From assembly GCA_051251915.1 (NCBI GenBank), contig JBPOGF010000001.1:320001-384000 (forward strand): DNA of 64,000 nt, in the 5' to 3' direction. Both the position numbers and the translations under genes were made by a program. How positions within the stretch are numbered: position 1 is the stretch's first letter; each line of letters opens with the position of its first letter. The notes beneath the pieces are model-generated. The model worked only from the letters and a program-made list of their open reading frames with translations. It searched no databases and was not told the origin of the DNA. Positions 7,922 through 17,196 of this stretch are shown here, piece after piece. Source of the DNA: Akkermansiaceae bacterium. GTDB taxonomy: Bacteria; Verrucomicrobiota; Verrucomicrobiia; Verrucomicrobiales; Akkermansiaceae.

Positions 7922-9991
7922 ATGAATTCACTCAACGAAAAAATCTGCCAGCATTTCGAAGGCTTGGTGGTCCGCAAGGATCTGGTCAAAACTGTGAAAG
8001 GAAATGCCATCGTGCCCTCCTACGTGCTGGAGTATCTGCTGGGACAATACTGTGCGAGTAATGACGAGGAGTCAGTGCAGTCTGGGATAGATACGGTGAA
8101 GAACATCTTGGCGAAGCACTACGTGCACCGCAATCAGGCTGGACTGATCCGCTCTAACATCAAGGAACAGGGGCGCTACAAGATCATCGATAAAGTGAGT
8201 GTGGCACTGAATGATAAGAAAGATTGTTACGAGGCTACATTTTCAAACTTAGGAATCAAGCAAGTGCTGGTGGAGTCTGCTACGGTAAAGGCGCATCCGA
8301 AACTGCTGGTGAGCGGGGTGTGGTGCATCGCAGACATCGAGTATGCACATGATGAGGATGCAGATTCTATCCCGTGGACGCTGGCTACGCTGAAGCCTAT
8401 TCAGCTTTCTAATTTTGATTATGAGGCATTTCTTGAGAAGCGGGCTGAATTTGAGACTGATGAGTGGATAGACCTCTTGATTCAGAGTGTGGGGTTTAGG
8501 CCAGAGCTGCTGAGTAGACGGAATAAGTTCTTCCAGCTGACACGGTTGATTCCTTTCTGTGAGCGAAATTATAATCTGATAGAGCTGGGGCCTAAGGGGA
8601 CGGGTAAGTCACACATTTACTCAGAATTTTCCCCACATGGGATCCTGATCTCAGGTGGTGAGGTTACGGTGCCTAAGTTGTTTGTGAATAATTCATCTGG
8701 CAAGCTGGGGCTGGTGGGCTACTGGGATACGGTAGCATTTGATGAATTTGCGGGGAAGGATAAGCGGATAGACAAGAGCCTGGTGGACATCATGAAGAAC
8801 TACATGGCGAACAAGACGTTCTCACGTGGGGTGGAGACGCTGGGGGCGGAGGCTTCTATGGTCTTTGTGGGGAATACCAGCCGCTCGGTGCCGTACATGC
8901 TGAAGCATTCTGATTTATTTACGGACTTACCGGATAAGTATCATGACTCGGCATTCCTGGACCGCTTGCACTGCTATATTCCTGGGTGGGAAGTAGGGAT
9001 AATCCGTGGTGAGATGTTTACGGATCAGCATGGGTTTGTGGTGGACTACATCGCGGAGATATTGCGGCATTTGCGAAATCAGGACTATGCAGATAAATAC
9101 CGTGAACATTTCAATTTGTCGCCAGATATTTCTACGCGTGATAGGGATGGGATTCACAAGACGTTCTCAGGCTTGATGAAAATCCTTTATCCGCATGATG
9201 TGGCGAGTAAGGAGGAGGTGGAGGAGGTGCTGAACTTTGCGATGGAGGGAAGGAAGCGGGTGAAGCAGCAGTTGCTGAAAATAGATGGGACTTATGAGGC
9301 GGTGGATTTCTATTATGAGGGTAATGATGGAGAGAGATTTCCGGTGCAGACTCTGGAGGAGGAGCACTACCGAGCTTTGTTTGAGCAATCACAGGCGGCT
9401 ACTGTGGTGGAAGAACTGAGCGGGACGGAGAGGGTAGATGCACTAGTGGATATAGCCGATGAGGATACTGTGCTTGCAGTCCAAGCAGAGGAGGCAGTTG
9501 AGGAGTTGGTTTCTGGAGAGCATGTGGTGGTGCCTGAGAATCACAAGGGATACAGTTATCAGTCGTTATTTGGGCTTCATCTTGTGGGAGCTACTGAGAT
9601 TGAAATTCGAGATCCATACATTAGCCAGTTTCATCAGGTGAAGAATCTGGTTGAGTTGTTAGGCGTGATCGCTGAACTGACTGAAGATGGTGAGGAAGCT
9701 ACGGTGAAGCTGGTGACGAAGTCGGACCGCGAATATTGCGATAAGCAGGATGCTTGGCTAAATGAGGTGGTGGAGAACTGTGCGCAGTCTAAGGTGAATT
9801 TTAGTTTTAGCTACGAGAATGATACGAGTTTCCATGCGCGGAGCATTACCAGTGATAATGGGTGGAAGATCTCGCTGGATCGTGGCTTGGACATCTTCCA
9901 TAGATATGATCTGAACCATCTCTCTATCGCTAATTTGAAGCAAGAAGAACGGCTGACTAAAGGTTGCGAGATTACTTACCTTAAGGTGTGA
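7922..9991 (+). CDS. brxL: BREX BrxL AAA+ ATPase with C-terminal PLD/MIT_C-like domain
   Basis: VPSYVLEYLLGQYC, Walker A ELGPKGTGKS, VAFDEF, SAFLDRLH; C-terminus IRDPYI...HARSITSDNGWKISLDRGLDIF. Confidence 0.9.
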   Translation: MNSLNEKICQHFEGLVVRKDLVKTVKGNAIVPSYVLEYLLGQYCASNDEESVQSGIDTVKNILAKHYVHRNQAGLIRSNIKEQGRYKIIDKVSVALNDKKDCYEATFSNLGIKQVLVESATVKAHPKLLVSGVWCIADIEYAHDEDADSIPWTLATLKPIQLSNFDYEAFLEKRAEFETDEWIDLLIQSVGFRPELLSRRNKFFQLTRLIPFCERNYNLIELGPKGTGKSHIYSEFSPHGILISGGEVTVPKLFVNNSSGKLGLVGYWDTVAFDEFAGKDKRIDKSLVDIMKNYMANKTFSRGVETLGAEASMVFVGNTSRSVPYMLKHSDLFTDLPDKYHDSAFLDRLHCYIPGWEVGIIRGEMFTDQHGFVVDYIAEILRHLRNQDYADKYREHFNLSPDISTRDRDGIHKTFSGLMKILYPHDVASKEEVEEVLNFAMEGRKRVKQQLLKIDGTYEAVDFYYEGNDGERFPVQTLEEEHYRALFEQSQAATVVEELSGTERVDALVDIADEDTVLAVQAEEAVEELVSGEHVVVPENHKGYSYQSLFGLHLVGATEIEIRDPYISQFHQVKNLVELLGVIAELTEDGEEATVKLVTKSDREYCDKQDAWLNEVVENCAQSKVNFSFSYENDTSFHARSITSDNGWKISLDRGLDIFHRYDLNHLSIANLKQEERLTKGCEITYLKV

Positions 9992-10036
9992 ATTAGGATT
10001 GAGATTTGAGGTTAGTAAAATTGAAAATGGTGTATT

Positions 10037-10957
10037 TTATAGGCGGGTGCCAAATTTCTCGATCCAGGGGGTGTATTCTGGTGGGAGTGGGGCTTTGAAG
10101 TGGAGCCTTTCTTGGGTGACGGGGTGGGTGATGCTGAGCTTGTAGGCGTGGAGCATGAGCCGGCCTGGGTGGCATTTCTGCTTGTTGGCGTTGGCGTAGA
10201 TGGGATCGGCTAGGATAGGGGTGCCGATGTGGAGCATGTGGACGCGGATCTGGTGGGTGCGGCCGGTGTGTAGATCACAGAGGATGAGGCTGGTGTCGTT
10301 TTCGGGGATGGTTCCGAGGTTTTGGTAGTCGGTGATGGCAGTTTTGCCTGAGCCGGGGTTTACGACGGCCATTTTCATGCGGTTTACAGGGTGCCGGCCG
10401 ATGTGGGTGAAGATGCGGTCTTGTGATTTATTGGGGGAGCCTTGGACGATGGTTAGATATTGTTTCTTAGTGGATCTCTCTGCGAACTGGGCGACGATGG
10501 CTCTGTGAGTGGTGTCTGTCTTGGCGACTACGATACAGCCTGAGGTGTCTTTATCTAGGCGGTGAACGATGCCAGGCCTTTCAGCTCCGCCTACTTCTGC
10601 GAGTTTGCCATTGCAGTGATGTAGGAGGGCATTTACTAGGGTGCCGGTTTGGTTTCCAGCAGCGGGGTGGACTACCATGCCGGAGCATTTATTGAGGACG
10701 ATGAGTTCATCGTCTTCGTAGAGGACTTCTAGGGGGATGTCTTCTGGCTGGGCGTTATCTGGAACTGGCTCGGGGATGTTGATGGTGATGACATCGCCAG
10801 CTAGTGCGGATGTTTTAGGTTTGGCGATATTGCCATTTACTAGGATGTCACCGGACTTGAGCAATGCTTGGATGCGGGCACGCGTTAGTTCAGGGAGCTC
10901 GGAGCATAGATATTTATCTAGCCGTTGCTTGGTGGTGTCGTGCACGGTGATTTTCAT
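10037..10957 (-). CDS. rluD: RluA-family 23S rRNA pseudouridine synthase (RluD-like, with S4 domain)
   Basis: RLDKYL S4 start, GIVHRLDKDTSG, TGRTHQIRVH, LHAYKL. Confidence 0.85.
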   Translation of the reverse strand: MKITVHDTTKQRLDKYLCSELPELTRARIQALLKSGDILVNGNIAKPKTSALAGDVITINIPEPVPDNAQPEDIPLEVLYEDDELIVLNKCSGMVVHPAAGNQTGTLVNALLHHCNGKLAEVGGAERPGIVHRLDKDTSGCIVVAKTDTTHRAIVAQFAERSTKKQYLTIVQGSPNKSQDRIFTHIGRHPVNRMKMAVVNPGSGKTAITDYQNLGTIPENDTSLILCDLHTGRTHQIRVHMLHIGTPILADPIYANANKQKCHPGRLMLHAYKLSITHPVTQERLHFKAPLPPEYTPWIEKFGTRL

Positions 10958-11059
10958 GATGATGTCTTGGTTCTTGGAATCGGTGATGACTGAAAAAAAA
11001 TACCTCTTTTTAGCGTTTTAGCGTGTAATGGTCGGAGTTTTCTTCGTAGTGTTTAGACA

Positions 11060-13492
11060 ATGAATTCTACTGACGATAATATTGCTCACTGCGAGGCTTG
11101 CGGCTGTGCGATGGATGTGACTATGATGCAACCATTCACAAATGTCGAGTGTCCGGAGTGTCAAACGCATAATCGGGTGAAGGTAGACGTGGGTAGCTAC
11201 ATTTTGAAGAAACGTCAAGGCGTAGGTGGTATGAGTTTGGTATTTGGTGCTGTGGACAAGACTCTGGGGCGTGAGGTGGCGATCAAGATTCTGAATGAGA
11301 GCTACTCGATGGATGCTAAGAGGATAGAGCAATTTGAGCAGGAGGCTAAGATTACGGCGGCGATTAGTCACCCGCATGTGGTGCGAGTGTATACGGTGGG
11401 ACAGGCTTTTCATCGGTTTTTCATCGCGATGGAGCTAGTGCCAGGTGATAGCTTGGAGCAGAAGATGCACGATAGTGGAAGGCTACCTGAGAATGATGTG
11501 CTGAAGTGGGGGAGACAAGTTTGTGAGGGTCTGAATGCTGCGAATGAGGCGGGGTTGATTCACCGTGATATTAAGCCGGGGAATATTTTGTTTGATGCTG
11601 AGGGGCATGTGAAGATTGTGGATTTTGGGTTAGCTCTGGTTACTCAGGGGGGGAAGGCGCAGGCGGATGAGATCTGGGCGACGCCTTATTATGTCCCGCC
11701 TGAGACACTGGATGTTTTAGAGGAGGATTTCCGTAGTGATATCTATGCGCTTGGTGCGAGTTTATTCCATGCGCTTTCGGGGAAACCTCCGTTTGATACT
11801 GAGACTAGATCAACTTCGGAGCTGAAGCAGATCAAGATGAATCTGCCTCCGCTTAAAAAGAGTGCTCCTTGGCTTAGAGATGAAACCTGTGCTGTGATTG
11901 ATAAGGCGATGGCATTTTCGGCTGATGATAGGTTTAGCTCCTATAAGGAGATCATTGATGCGCTACACCGTGCTGAAATGGCGCTTGAAAATGAAGGGAT
12001 GGAGCCTGCGCTGCAGAGTGCACAGAGGTATCAGCGTAGAGAGAAGAGTAGTGCGATGTTTTATGGTATGATCGCTGCTGGGGTTTTAGGAGTGGGTGTA
12101 GTTATTGCAATGCTGAGCATGGGTGGGGGTGATGATAAGAAGGATGGGGATGCTTCTGCTGATACTATCATGGAGGGGCTTGAGGGGAGTGATGATGGTG
12201 GTGCTGCAGGTAGGAGGCTGGCAATAGGGATACGTGAAGGCCGTGAGGCGCTGCAGGCGAGAAAATTTAATAAGGCGGCGAATCATTATGGATCAATTGC
12301 AAGAGATAATCGTTTTACGATTAATTCTGCGATGTGGGGTGGCTTGCAGTCATCGATTGTGAATTGGTTGAATGGTAAATCTGCGGAGGCCAAGTTTGAC
12401 CTTAGAATGCTTAATAAGCGTTATCTTGAGGCAAAAAAGCATGGTAAGGGTGGGAAACCAACTGAGATAACAAGCGGCTTAGCGAAGGCTATTCCGTTGC
12501 TTTTGAAGATGAAGCCGATTAGTCCTAGTGATTCTGAAAATATTCAGTCAGAGGCTGATGCTATGTTGGTGTATGCTGGGGCGCTGAAGAACTGGGAGGA
12601 AGGTTATTTGGGTGACGCTGAGAAAATGTTAGATAGGGTTGAGGAATACGCAACTAAACTAGGTGCTGTTTCTTCTGAGGAGTTCAAGGTGTATGTGTCA
12701 TTGATCGCAGGTTATAAAAATGATGCGGTTTTGATGCAGCCATTTGCTGATGATTTTATACCATCGAGCGATGACGAGATTGCAGCTCGTAGAGTGCTCT
12801 TAAAAGCGGCGAAAGGGAAGGTGAAAACGAAGGGGCGTGCGGTAGAGAATTTTGCGGAATGGTTGTATCAGCTGGATATTCATAAGAATAGATTAGCTTA
12901 TGAACGTAAGATGGAAGCTGCTGATGAGAATGAGGAAGGAGTGAACGATCAGCCGCAGCAGGTGGATGACTGGGACGGGTTCTATCAGAGCTTGGAGAAA
13001 GATATACAGAGTGCGAAGTTTGTGATGGCGAGTGAGAAGCTTAAGATTAGGTCATTTAAGGTAGGTAGTTCTAATAAGAAAAAAGAACATATGATTTATC
13101 TGTGTGAGAAGGCTGCTGGATATTTAGGAACTCTTAGTGAGACTTTAAGTAAGGGGGTGGTAAGAGCGGATATTACGCTCAAGGATGGTAAGGTATTTAC
13201 TACTTTTACGGGAATCAATACTAAAGGGATCACGGTGAAGGATGGAGATGCATTGCGCAAAGTCGAGTGGGGGGAAATAGAGACGAGTAGTGTGATTGAT
13301 CTGATAAAGATTAGTTTGGGTGAGGGTGATCTGAGTCAGTTTGAGAAAAATCTGAGAATTGAGCAAGCGATTGCATTTGCATGGCTAGGTGGAGAGAGGG
13401 AGAAGGCTAGTATAGCGGCAGATGGCTTGGCTAAGAATAACCAGTTCTTTAAGAAACGCTGGGCAGAGTGTGTTAAGTTGTTTGGAGAGTAG
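11060..13492 (+). CDS. Membrane Ser/Thr protein kinase with N-terminal Zn ribbon
   Basis: CxxC...CxxC; GVGGMSLV, VAIK, HRDIKPGN, DFG, SDIYALG; TM helix after the kinase domain. Confidence 0.92.
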   Translation: MNSTDDNIAHCEACGCAMDVTMMQPFTNVECPECQTHNRVKVDVGSYILKKRQGVGGMSLVFGAVDKTLGREVAIKILNESYSMDAKRIEQFEQEAKITAAISHPHVVRVYTVGQAFHRFFIAMELVPGDSLEQKMHDSGRLPENDVLKWGRQVCEGLNAANEAGLIHRDIKPGNILFDAEGHVKIVDFGLALVTQGGKAQADEIWATPYYVPPETLDVLEEDFRSDIYALGASLFHALSGKPPFDTETRSTSELKQIKMNLPPLKKSAPWLRDETCAVIDKAMAFSADDRFSSYKEIIDALHRAEMALENEGMEPALQSAQRYQRREKSSAMFYGMIAAGVLGVGVVIAMLSMGGGDDKKDGDASADTIMEGLEGSDDGGAAGRRLAIGIREGREALQARKFNKAANHYGSIARDNRFTINSAMWGGLQSSIVNWLNGKSAEAKFDLRMLNKRYLEAKKHGKGGKPTEITSGLAKAIPLLLKMKPISPSDSENIQSEADAMLVYAGALKNWEEGYLGDAEKMLDRVEEYATKLGAVSSEEFKVYVSLIAGYKNDAVLMQPFADDFIPSSDDEIAARRVLLKAAKGKVKTKGRAVENFAEWLYQLDIHKNRLAYERKMEAADENEEGVNDQPQQVDDWDGFYQSLEKDIQSAKFVMASEKLKIRSFKVGSSNKKKEHMIYLCEKAAGYLGTLSETLSKGVVRADITLKDGKVFTTFTGINTKGITVKDGDALRKVEWGEIETSSVIDLIKISLGEGDLSQFEKNLRIEQAIAFAWLGGEREKASIAADGLAKNNQFFKKRWAECVKLFGE

Positions 13493-13608
13493 TCCAGTTT
13501 CATGAACCATATCTATAAATGATTCTGTGCTTACAAAATCAGCGCTAACAAGAGCTAAAGATATAAATCTAGAAACAAGCCGTTAAATGAAGGTTACATA
13601 ATAATTTT

Positions 13609-14481
13609 CTATTTTGGTTCGTTTTTGTTAGGCAAGATTTGAAGTGTATTTTTTCTATCTTCTCTTTCGTCTTTCCATGCTTTCTCTGTTTCTGCTTTTT
13701 CCATTTCATCGGGATAATACTTTACAGAGTTGTCTTTATTACTCTTCTTATAATTTTCTTTGAAATTTGCGTATTTTTCTTTCTCTTTCAATATTGAATC
13801 AAGTTTCTTTGATATTTTGACATTATTATTTAGCGTCTCATCCAAATCATCTAACAACACCTTCTTTTCTTCAATCAGTTTGTCCCTTTCAAGCCTAATT
13901 TCTCTTACTTCCTTTGCTAGCTCTACAAGATTTTCTTCATCTTTGTTTAACTTAGCATCCTTCTCCCACAGTTCCCCCTTTACCTCCTCATGCTTAGCTA
14001 ATAGCTCCCCATGTTGAGTTACTAAAGTAACTTTCTCCTCTCTTAATTCAGCAATTTCTTTATTTTGTTTCCTCTCTAAAGCTTCATACTCAGCGGATAA
14101 TTTATTATATTCGACAGGGCTGTGGGGCATTTCTTTTGCAATTTTAAGCTTAATTGTTTTGAGCCAAACTTGTGTCTTTTCCCAGTACGCAAAAACTGCA
14201 ATTGCTAATAGAGGATATAAAAGTAGAAATATTAAAGCTGATCCTAACGGATAACAAATGCCATTTATTAAAGCACTGTTCCAATTAGGAAAACTCGTCT
14301 TACCAGCAAGTTCTAATCTAGAATCTACCTCCCCCTCAGAAAACAGTATAAATAAATATTTATGGTTGAACGTTAACCATGATAGCACGAAAGCCCCAAA
14401 TAGCGGAGAACTACAGCGGGAACTGATTTGATTTTTTACGGAGTTTACTAAGTCTTTCATTTTATTAGTAAGAATAAACAC
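13609..14481 (-). CDS. Hypothetical AT-rich membrane protein with coiled-coil C-terminus
   Basis: 290-aa ORF (start may be the downstream MKDLV); two hydrophobic segments followed by E/K-rich heptads. Confidence 0.7.
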   Translation of the reverse strand: MFILTNKMKDLVNSVKNQISSRCSSPLFGAFVLSWLTFNHKYLFILFSEGEVDSRLELAGKTSFPNWNSALINGICYPLGSALIFLLLYPLLAIAVFAYWEKTQVWLKTIKLKIAKEMPHSPVEYNKLSAEYEALERKQNKEIAELREEKVTLVTQHGELLAKHEEVKGELWEKDAKLNKDEENLVELAKEVREIRLERDKLIEEKKVLLDDLDETLNNNVKISKKLDSILKEKEKYANFKENYKKSNKDNSVKYYPDEMEKAETEKAWKDEREDRKNTLQILPNKNEPK

Positions 14482-14826
14482 ATAAGTGGTTAGTTTTCCA
14501 TTACTAACTATTGATTTTATTATAATGACTAGATAACAAGGGTAATTCGTTCCAAATGTGAGAAGTATACAAACTCAGCGCACTAAGAAGACAGCTAAAT
14601 GAATTGATGTGAGTCCATGCAAATAGTTCAATTTAAATCACTTACTATAATTTTAGTTGGGTATATATTATGTTCTTGGGACTGGTTTATACTACTCCGG
14701 AATGAAGGCATTATAAATGCTGGGGGTAAATTAAATAGATGTTGTTATCAGTAGGGGGATAGGTGTGTAGTTGATGTAGAGTGGGGTGTATCTCTATAAA
14801 ACCTGCGTTGTTCTTTAGTCATGATA

Positions 14827-17193
14827 TTACTCGATGACTTTTATGAGGTTGTGGCTGTGTAGCCAGCCTTTGGTTTTATCGGGGAGTTCGATGTAGCTGT
14901 AGGTTCCTCTGGAGCTTAGGATGTGGCATTCGGAGGCGGGAGGGGTGGTGGTGATGAGGTGGCTGCCGGTGATGGGTTGTTCTGTTAGATGGCTGGGATT
15001 GATGATGATGGCGAAGGGGGGACCGCTGATTTTTTCTCTGTGGGGGTGCATGAAGTATGCGTAGCCGCTGAGGGATGCGGTGCAGAGTGCTAGCATGGCG
15101 AGGGAGATGATGAGGGTGATTTTGTTTTTAGGTTTTAGTATTTTGAGGTAGAGGATGGCGATGAGGATAAACCAGAGGGATAGGCTGAGGGTGATGTAGT
15201 AGGTGTTGAGCGAGAGGGTGCTGATCCAGTCTTGGAGGGAGCCGCTTTTGATGTAGGAGCTGGAGACTATGCTGGTTTGCTGGTTCTGAATTAGGGTTAA
15301 ATTATGTTTAGCGCGGGAGTGGTATGGGTCTAGGAGGAGTGCGCGGTGATAGAAGACGGCGGCTAGTCCGGGGTGGTCTAGTTTCTGGTGGCAGTTGCCG
15401 ATGTTGTAGAGTAGGTCTGGGGAAGTTGGTGGGGAGTGGCTAGGGAGTTTGGCTTGGTATTGAGTTAGGGCGTTGTTGTATTCTGCTTTGTTCCATTCGC
15501 TGTCGGGGGAGGCGTGGCTGAACTGGGGGGCGATGAGGAAGAGGAGGATGGTGAGTTTTTTTAGGGCATCGATGATGGCGGTTTTGCGTTTTTCTGAGAG
15601 TTTGATGGGTTGGTCAGGTTTGTAGCAGTGGTCATCGCGTAGTTGTTGGATGTCTTTGAACTCGGGGTGTTTTTCGGTGTCTACCCAGCGTTGGATGTAG
15701 TTGCTGGTGGTCTTGAGGAAGGTTTCGCCGTCGTGTGCTGCTAGCTCGTTGAGGGTCTTTCGCTGGATGATTTTGTGTGATTGGTTTAGACGGATTGCTT
15801 GGCGTTTTTGGAGTGCGTATTTGAAGAGGAGTAGGAGGCAGAGTGCTCCGGGGATGATGTGGATGAGGTATAGGGGTAAGTTTTTGTACCACGGTGTTTG
15901 AGTGAACTTGGTGCCTTCGATGATGCCGAGCATCTGGTTGGATGGGTCTGTTGGGTTTGAGAGGTTGGAGTCTGTGGATGCGGTAGGGGTAAGTTTTACG
16001 GTTACGGGGACTCCGGGGTAGGTGAGGGTTTGGTAGGCTTTGAGGTCTGGGTCTAGGTAGCTGAAGCTGAATCCTGGTGTGGTGGTGGGTGGGCCGGTGT
16101 TGGTGGGCTGGATGAGGTAGGTGAATTCAGCGAAGGCTTCGAGGTTTTTGCGGAGTTCGCCGAGGTCGCGTTTGCTTTCGGAGATGAGCTTCCAGTGATC
16201 GGCATGGGTGAGTGAGGGGGGAGTGATTTCAGAAAACTTGCCTCTGCCCATGAGGGTGATGTCTGCTTTGATGGATTCTGCTGGGGTGAGCTGAGGTTTG
16301 GTCTCGATGTTGACGCTCATTTTGAACGAGCCGACGTCACCTTTGAAGTCTGCTGGTGGGTTAGGTGGGAGGTCGAGGATGTCTAGCTGGATGGTGTCTG
16401 AGAGTGGGAATATTTCCTGGGTTTCGAGGAATGAGCCCATGCGGTTGATCATGGCTACGTGGTGGACTATGCGGGTTTTGAAGGGGCCTAGGGTGGCCTT
16501 GCCGGGTTTGATACCGGAGACGGTGGTGTGGAATCTGCCTACTTGATAGGTGGTGCCTTTGATGGTTACGTCGCCATTGATAGAGCGGGTGTCTGGGGTT
16601 TCAAATCTCCAGGCGGTGGCGTTTTCTTTGTCGCCGGAGGGGAGTCCCCATTGAGCGACCTTGAGAGATTTAGGAAGGTAGATTTTGTATTCTAGGCGGG
16701 TGGCTTCGTTGGGGTATAGTGGGGATTTTTGGGCGATTAGCTGGGTGTAGTATGTGTAGGTATTGGTGGGGGGGGCTGTGTTTGATGGGTTTAGTGATTT
16801 TGAGGTAATTCGCTTTTTGTTTAGTGATGTTTTGTCACGGACGGTGAGGGTGATGGGGGCTGAGATGTCATCTGGAGAGCCTGGAGTGAAGGTGGTGCTG
16901 GGGATGGTGAAGGTGCCTTTGTTGGGAGAGTTGAATCGATAGACTAGGCGGTAGAATCTGCGGCCGCTTTGGGCTATGACGTTGGTGTCGTAGATCTGGA
17001 AGAAGGCATTGGTGACGGGGATGTCTGGTCTGTTAGGAGGCTGTAACGACTTCATTTCTACGATGAATGTTACGTAGCAGTTCTCGCCGGTGACGAGGTT
17101 GTCTGACGATGTTAGGGTGATCACTTTGGCATTGGCTGTGAAGCAGGCTAGCCAGGTGATAGCGGAAAAGATGAGGATGTGGAGAGTGCGCAT
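14827..17193 (-). CDS. BatD-like protein fused to a BatE-like TPR/SH3 module
   Basis: Signal peptide, FKGDVGSF BatD-type motif, TM, then TPR (LLYNIGNCHQK...HNL), TMs and an SH3-like end (IELPDKTKGWL); bat gene context. Confidence 0.8.
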   Translation of the reverse strand: MRTLHILIFSAITWLACFTANAKVITLTSSDNLVTGENCYVTFIVEMKSLQPPNRPDIPVTNAFFQIYDTNVIAQSGRRFYRLVYRFNSPNKGTFTIPSTTFTPGSPDDISAPITLTVRDKTSLNKKRITSKSLNPSNTAPPTNTYTYYTQLIAQKSPLYPNEATRLEYKIYLPKSLKVAQWGLPSGDKENATAWRFETPDTRSINGDVTIKGTTYQVGRFHTTVSGIKPGKATLGPFKTRIVHHVAMINRMGSFLETQEIFPLSDTIQLDILDLPPNPPADFKGDVGSFKMSVNIETKPQLTPAESIKADITLMGRGKFSEITPPSLTHADHWKLISESKRDLGELRKNLEAFAEFTYLIQPTNTGPPTTTPGFSFSYLDPDLKAYQTLTYPGVPVTVKLTPTASTDSNLSNPTDPSNQMLGIIEGTKFTQTPWYKNLPLYLIHIIPGALCLLLLFKYALQKRQAIRLNQSHKIIQRKTLNELAAHDGETFLKTTSNYIQRWVDTEKHPEFKDIQQLRDDHCYKPDQPIKLSEKRKTAIIDALKKLTILLFLIAPQFSHASPDSEWNKAEYNNALTQYQAKLPSHSPPTSPDLLYNIGNCHQKLDHPGLAAVFYHRALLLDPYHSRAKHNLTLIQNQQTSIVSSSYIKSGSLQDWISTLSLNTYYITLSLSLWFILIAILYLKILKPKNKITLIISLAMLALCTASLSGYAYFMHPHREKISGPPFAIIINPSHLTEQPITGSHLITTTPPASECHILSSRGTYSYIELPDKTKGWLHSHNLIKVIE

Positions 17194-17196
17194 GGT

